A DNA stretch of 64,000 bases, from positions 512,001 to 576,000 of the forward strand of contig CAVSFC010000002.1 of NCBI GenBank assembly GCA_963727255.1, written 5' to 3'. Source of the stretch: an uncultured bacterium (GTDB lineage Bacteria; Babelota; Babeliae; Babelales; Vermiphilaceae). The notes beneath the pieces were generated by a model. It was given only the letters and a program-made list of their open reading frames with translations. It was not told the origin of the DNA and did not search any database. Below, in pieces: positions 59,110 to 64,000 of this stretch. Made by a program: the position numbers and the translations under genes. Each line of letters opens with the position of its first letter. The first letter of the stretch is position 1.

Positions 59110-60349
59110 AACACAGTTCACAGTCCTTTAATTTTTTTTGAGGATAACAATTGCAATCTGATTCAAGATCTACTGGAGCGGGAGGAGGAGGAGTCTTTGG
59201 GATTTTTAAACAAAGTTCACAATCCTTAAGCTTTTTTGAGGGATTGCAGGTGCAATTTTTTTCAAGATTATTCCTTTCAGTGCATTTTTTGCAATCTGAT
59301 TTGTTGCATGAACATGATTTATCTTGATTTAAAAGCTTACTGCCAAGTCCTATATTCACATTAAGGGCAGTGGTTGTCGCTTTTGCTTCGAGATAGCCAA
59401 GAATTATAGCCATAAGAACTGGTGAAAAATAGCCTGCAGGGATTGTTACCGCATTAGGATTATTAGGATTGACTGGGCTTACGGTAAGTAACGTTTCATA
59501 GTCATCATGGATAATTGATTCACAAACTAGATCACATAATAACCGTTCTCGTTCAAAAGTTTTATGCATGTGTTTTTTATGTACATCATTATCAGGATTC
59601 AAATGCCATAAATCACTCGTATGACCTATGTGAGCTGGATCGTATCGTAATAATTGGGCACTGAACATCTTAGTTTTATCATGAGTTAAATGCCCCAAGG
59701 TATCAGACATATTTTTTCGCCAGTAGTTATTTAAACCCTCGAGCCAATTAAAATTATCTTTAAGCACTTTGTCTTTGAAAGTTTCATAGGTTGTTGTTTC
59801 TGTATACTCTCTCTTTTGCGTTTCACTTGTAGTAGGTTCATTTTGAGATGGCGGTAGATTTTGTGCACTCCGAAGAAATGAATCAAGGATATGAGCAGTA
59901 CTTTGGTCTTTTTTCATTTTATAGGTGGCATATCCTCGTAGTACTGCTATTAAGTGAGGAGAAAAATATCCAGAAATTTGCTCATGGGCCCGAATTATTG
60001 ATTCTGCTATCGCAGGATTTGGACTGCGATAAGTGCCATAAAAATAAAACCATCGATCATCATAACCAACAATTGATCCCTCTGCTTCTATCAATAATTG
60101 TTTTTGTCTTCTGGTTGCTTTGCCAATATTACCTTCTTTAGGATCGGTCCATTTTTTACCTATTTCAAATTTTTCATGGTGGGTATGGCTTGGATTTAAT
60201 TTTAATATTTCTTGGCAATGCTTGATCGATTCTCCTTGTGTTATATAGGTCATAGGATCGACTGATTTATCTAAGTAATGAATTAACTTTTCCATGCTTA
60301 AAGAGGGAAATGATGTGCTAATCATGATGAATAATGATAATGGACGCAT
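59078..60349 (-). CDS. Secreted hypothetical protein with C-terminal Cys-rich repeats
   Basis: AAGGA RBS; signal peptide followed by MEKL; three C.C....C..C units. Confidence 0.8.
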   Translation of the reverse strand: MRPLSLFIMISTSFPSLSMEKLIHYLDKSVDPMTYITQGESIKHCQEILKLNPSHTHHEKFEIGKKWTDPKEGNIGKATRRQKQLLIEAEGSIVGYDDRWFYFYGTYRSPNPAIAESIIRAHEQISGYFSPHLIAVLRGYATYKMKKDQSTAHILDSFLRSAQNLPPSQNEPTTSETQKREYTETTTYETFKDKVLKDNFNWLEGLNNYWRKNMSDTLGHLTHDKTKMFSAQLLRYDPAHIGHTSDLWHLNPDNDVHKKHMHKTFERERLLCDLVCESIIHDDYETLLTVSPVNPNNPNAVTIPAGYFSPVLMAIILGYLEAKATTTALNVNIGLGSKLLNQDKSCSCNKSDCKKCTERNNLEKNCTCNPSKKLKDCELCLKIPKTPPPPAPVDLESDCNCYPQKKLKDCELCFNIRGLLPQQ

Positions 60350-60542
60350 TGGGATCCTTTTTTAAGTGAGGGTTGCTAATGCTGAGGATCAGCATATGTA
60401 ACTAAAAAATGGAAATCAACCAATTTTTTTTGCGAGTATTTTCATTTATTAACCGTTCATCCGCTTGATAGACTGGGCATTTTGAGGTATACCTTAAGAA
60501 ATCAGGTACAAATGTTTAACTCTATTATTTGCATAAAAGGAT

Positions 60543-61574
60543 ATGCTTATGAAGAATCTTTCATCTAAAATGAGCTGCGCTCTTGTGATGTTTTCTATTG
60601 CTTTCTTACCCGGATGTTGGCTTAAAGAGAAGTTAGGACTCGATAAAAAAGTAACAACATCAGCGGTAGCTGCCGGCAATACCACCGAGGTCATCGCAAC
60701 TATCGATGGCAAACCGTTAATGACAGCTGGTGAATTTGAGAAACAATTCAAGAATTTTATTGAAAAGCATCCGATGGGCTCATATTTGGCCCAAATGGAA
60801 GGCGTTGATCGCAAAATTTTTGAAGGTTTAGTGAGCCAGAAAGTTATGAATCGCTGGGTTGAAGAGCAACGCATTAATGAGAGCCCGGAATATAAAGAAT
60901 ATCTTGATCAATTAGTGCAAATGCTTAATGCGCGTTTCTTCCAAATGAAACATCCGGTGGCTGTGACAGATGCTGAAATTAAAGCATTCTATGATCAAAA
61001 CAAAGAAAATATGCCAGAAGCAGTATTATCGCGGGGCGGCATGAATGTAACCGGTGTTGAATTTGCAAAAGAAGCTGATGCTAAAGCATTCCTAGAAAAA
61101 GCAAAAGGCAAAGGCGCAACATTGGAAAAAGTTGCTAAAGAAGCGAATTTGGGCGATAAGTTCCGCGACTTCAAATTGGTCAATGCAGCAAGCATCGGAG
61201 TCGATGCGGGATTGCGTGATAAAATTGTTGCGGTTAAAAAGTTCCCTGCTCTTGAAGTGTTCAAGGCAAAGGATGGCAGCTTCTGGGTGGTATATGTTTC
61301 AGGCAAAGAAGAGCAAAAATATCGCTCATATGAAGAGCTCAAACCAGCTATTGAACAACGCCTAAGTGCTCAAAAGCAAGAACAGGCGATGGAAAAAGCA
61401 ATGGAACAACTCAAGAAGGATTATAAAGTAGAAATCAAAGAAGAGTACTTCATCAAAAAAAATGTGCCGGGAGCACAAGAAGTAGAAAATGCTGAACAAT
61501 TGGAAATGGTGATGCCTGAAGCACAAGAAAATGCCAAAGGCAAACCCGTAGCTTCTACAACTAAAGCAGCCTAG
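60543..61574 (+). CDS. PrsA/SurA-like peptidyl-prolyl isomerase lipoprotein
   Basis: Lipobox LPGC; VIATIDG, VTDAEIKAFYDQNK, SYEELKPAIEQRL. Confidence 0.8.
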   Translation: MLMKNLSSKMSCALVMFSIAFLPGCWLKEKLGLDKKVTTSAVAAGNTTEVIATIDGKPLMTAGEFEKQFKNFIEKHPMGSYLAQMEGVDRKIFEGLVSQKVMNRWVEEQRINESPEYKEYLDQLVQMLNARFFQMKHPVAVTDAEIKAFYDQNKENMPEAVLSRGGMNVTGVEFAKEADAKAFLEKAKGKGATLEKVAKEANLGDKFRDFKLVNAASIGVDAGLRDKIVAVKKFPALEVFKAKDGSFWVVYVSGKEEQKYRSYEELKPAIEQRLSAQKQEQAMEKAMEQLKKDYKVEIKEEYFIKKNVPGAQEVENAEQLEMVMPEAQENAKGKPVASTTKAA

Positions 61575-61610
61575 TATCATAGATCTTAATTCTGCTATAC
61601 TAAGCAAAAG

Positions 61611-61640
61611 AGAGGGGAATCATTATGATTCCCCCTTTTT
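61611..61640 (+). terminator. Rho-independent terminator
   Basis: aggggaatcat-t-atgattccccc-ttttt. Confidence 0.7.
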
Positions 61641-61671
61641 AATACTAAGCAAGTTTAGTGAGGAAGTTTTT

Positions 61672-62568
61672 ATGAATTGCGGGCTACTTATTTTGGCATT
61701 TTTAATCATTGCAATAAATATCAATGCAGATACAAAAAATCCACCACAAAAAAAGCCATTAGTTTTTATCGATGGTATAAAAGCAGTGGTTCGCGGATCA
61801 GAAGGCACCGATCTTATCATGTCTTCAGAGCTACAACGGCTCAAGCTGGATGGTACCCCTAATAATCTTGAAGAAATGGTAACCAATTATGCCCTGTTCA
61901 ATGAGGCAAAAAAGTATCGCTTATTGCCCACTACAGAAGAAATTGATAAGCAGTGGATGATGAATGCACAGATGAATCGAAAAACTCCCAAAGAGCTTGA
62001 TGATATGGTAATCACCGCAGGATTTCTACCGCAAGAAGCCCGCAATGAATTTGCGCAGATGAATGCGATCAACTCATTAGTAAGTTTTAAAGTAACGGGT
62101 AATTTAATAGTTCCTGAAGCTGATGTAGTTGCGTATTATAATGAAAATCCTGAAATAGAACCGGCAAACTTTTGTGTTGAATTTGCATTCGTTCCCTTTT
62201 CATTTTCACGAACCAAAGAAGAACAATTAAAGCAATGGCAATCGCTTATACGTAAAAAAGATCCGCAGCATATGCTTAAATGGCAAGAGCCTTTTTGGAT
62301 TCGGGAAGATGAATTGGCGGCTGATAAAAAATTTATAAGCCAGTTGGCAATCGGTGAAATTTCTCAGCCAGTTCAAACATTTGAGGGTTTTGAATTTTTT
62401 AGACTCGTTAATAAAAAAGAAGAGCGATTGAAGCCACTTGATGAAAGGTACGGCCAAATTGTTACCATTCTGCGCAAACCAAAATTTCTTGAGCTTATGG
62501 AATCATTTCAAAAGGGGGTTCGAGATAGCGTTTCAGTGATTTATTTTGATCTGCCTCAACAAATTTAG
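61672..62568 (+). CDS. SurA-like chaperone/PPIase
   Basis: IDGIKAVV, VVAYYNEN, L.IGEISQPVQT..GF.FFRL. Confidence 0.75.
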   Translation: MNCGLLILAFLIIAININADTKNPPQKKPLVFIDGIKAVVRGSEGTDLIMSSELQRLKLDGTPNNLEEMVTNYALFNEAKKYRLLPTTEEIDKQWMMNAQMNRKTPKELDDMVITAGFLPQEARNEFAQMNAINSLVSFKVTGNLIVPEADVVAYYNENPEIEPANFCVEFAFVPFSFSRTKEEQLKQWQSLIRKKDPQHMLKWQEPFWIREDELAADKKFISQLAIGEISQPVQTFEGFEFFRLVNKKEERLKPLDERYGQIVTILRKPKFLELMESFQKGVRDSVSVIYFDLPQQI

Positions 62569-62606
62569 CCACTTAAAATAATTATTTTTACAAAAAAGGA
62601 GCAGAG

Positions 62607-62966
62607 ATGCGAGTAACATTAAATAAAAAAGCATATGATTTCGCAATACAAATGATTCATGAAAAAAAATTTGATGATAAACGGGGCAGTGGTGAGGTTG
62701 CTCGCGCGAAGCCATCGAACGAGCAAGAAGAACAATTTTTAAAATCCCATAGTTGGGAAGAGTTTGGAGCTTGGTATTTGGGCGCGCATTATGATCGCCC
62801 TGAAAATACCCGAAACCGATATGAATTTCCGATTGGTGATTTTAATGTAGTGCATCGATCGGATTTGTTGGAGATTCAAAAGCGAGCACATTCTGATCAT
62901 TATGATGATATTGCAAAAGCTGCCCAAGAGTTGGTGGATTTAATAGATAAAAAAACTAAAAAATAA
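62607..62966 (+). CDS. Hypothetical protein
   Basis: AGGAG RBS; globular-looking sequence including RYEFPIGDF..VHRS. Confidence 0.75.
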   Translation: MRVTLNKKAYDFAIQMIHEKKFDDKRGSGEVARAKPSNEQEEQFLKSHSWEEFGAWYLGAHYDRPENTRNRYEFPIGDFNVVHRSDLLEIQKRAHSDHYDDIAKAAQELVDLIDKKTKK

Positions 62967-63441
62967 GCATAAAAAGCGCCATTGAGCCCATAATCAGATC
63001 TTCAGCAAGCGTGACATAGGTCATCGGGATTTTAAATACTGCGCCAAGGCATGCACACATAATTTCTCTGCCTTTTGCAAGTTCAATTGCAACGCCGGTA
63101 CTACCAATAATCATGAGAATGAGCGTAATCCAATTGGCGATCCTTACTTGAAAGCGGAATAAATAACATAAGCCAAGTGCCAATTCAATGAACGGATAGG
63201 CGTATGCATAAAGCATGCTGTGCTTAGCAATTAAATCGTATTCCTGATATGCCATAGCAAAACCGGCAAGGTTGATGATTTTAAAAGTGGCAAAAATAAT
63301 AAAAAATGCTGCCATAAAATCAAGCATTGCATTGGTGAGATTGAAACCTGCAGAGAGCTGCCTCGCAATAGTAAATGCGATGACGATGCTTATGATTGTG
63401 ATTAAGGGCAAGAAATTTTTTACGGTATAATGATCGTTCAT
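62956..63441 (-). CDS. MauE/DoxX-like membrane protein
   Basis: FMAAFF..F..FK, YDLIAK, YPFIELALG, CACLG..F..P. Confidence 0.85.
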   Translation of the reverse strand: MNDHYTVKNFLPLITIISIVIAFTIARQLSAGFNLTNAMLDFMAAFFIIFATFKIINLAGFAMAYQEYDLIAKHSMLYAYAYPFIELALGLCYLFRFQVRIANWITLILMIIGSTGVAIELAKGREIMCACLGAVFKIPMTYVTLAEDLIMGSMALFMLIF

Positions 63442-63567
63442 ACTTTTTCCTTTTCTAGAGGTTTTAGCATTATAATTTGAAAATAATACTTCAAATCATT
63501 GCTGTCGCATACTAAATATTGGCATGATGATACTAGTTTTTTATAAAGCTTAAAATAAGGAGCTTGT

Positions 63568-63726
63568 ATGCCCAGAAGAGCCGATATTAATAAAGATAAA
63601 GGTCGACATTCAAGAAAACATGGGCGTAGAGAACGCATAGAAAGAGAAACCGGAATCGCTTCGCGCGCAATGCCGAAAAGTAAAGCAAAGCCCAAACCTT
63701 CTAAAATAAAAAAGAATCAGGAGTAA
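63568..63726 (+). CDS. 52-aa highly basic small protein (not in the ORF track)
   Basis: TAAGGAG RBS; MPRRADINKDKGRHSRKHGRRERIERETGIASRAMPKSKAKPKPSKIKKNQE. Confidence 0.6.
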   Translation: MPRRADINKDKGRHSRKHGRRERIERETGIASRAMPKSKAKPKPSKIKKNQE

Positions 63727-63729
63727 TAT

Positions 63730-64000
63730 ATGATTTCTATTTTAATCCTAGCCGTTATAGGTTTTTGTATTTCTCTCTATACGTATCTGCTTGAGCAAAA
63801 AATTAAAGTGCAGCCCAACTATAAACCAGCCTGCGATCTTTCTGATCGCGTTTCATGCACTAAACCAATGAAAAGCCGGTATGCGGCGATTTTTTATTTT
63901 TCTAATGCCATTATTGGCGCTGCATACTATCTTATGATCATTGTAGTTGCACTCTTGAACATGCACTCGTTACTTCTTTTTGCAACTGTCTGTGGTTGTT
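63730..64000 (+). CDS. Vitamin K epoxide reductase family protein (5' part; runs off the window end)
   Basis: AGGAG RBS; MISILILAVIGFCISLY...YKPACDLSDRVSCTKPMKSRYA..SNA..G..YY. Confidence 0.85.
   Translation, partial: MISILILAVIGFCISLYTYLLEQKIKVQPNYKPACDLSDRVSCTKPMKSRYAAIFYFSNAIIGAAYYLMIIVVALLNMHSLLLFATVCGC

Noticed and set aside
38..62927. Numerous short antisense or overlapping ORFs in the supplied track
   Set aside because: They are shadows of longer, motif-supported genes and lack independent evidence.
63438..63695. 85-aa minus-strand ORF
   Set aside because: It has no convincing RBS or motif and overlaps a better-supported plus-strand small ORF.

Overview
An AT-rich bacterial chromosome segment. 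It most likely comes from an intracellular parasite of protists, Candidatus Dependentiae/Babelota (TM6); this is inferred from gene style, not from a marker search. Housekeeping genes (tkt, lgt-dnaG-rpoD-hlyC, mnmG, mraY, tgt, yhhQ, murB, trhO, pheT, lspA, comF, ku, ahpC) are interleaved with many secreted, eukaryote-like candidate effectors (ankyrin, F-box/SOCS-like, RING-BTB-LRR, NLS- and CaaX-bearing). No rRNA, tRNA, CRISPR array or transposase was recognised. Main observations: (1) About 15 secreted proteins place Met-Glu/Asp/Gln right after the predicted signal-peptide cleavage site, which may be a dedicated effector tag. (2) There is a nested set of small palindromic repeats: family A (one copy in-frame inside transketolase), a ~30-bp family B, and a 170-205-bp IS200/IS605-like element whose two copies show a compensatory base-pair change. 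(3) A tandem ankyrin array around ku shows mosaic genes and a leftover ku 5' fragment. (4) A cluster of secreted Gly/Arg- and Cys-rich small proteins sits at 2.4-6.9 kb. Several genes carry frameshifts, often at homopolymers, that may be assembly errors.
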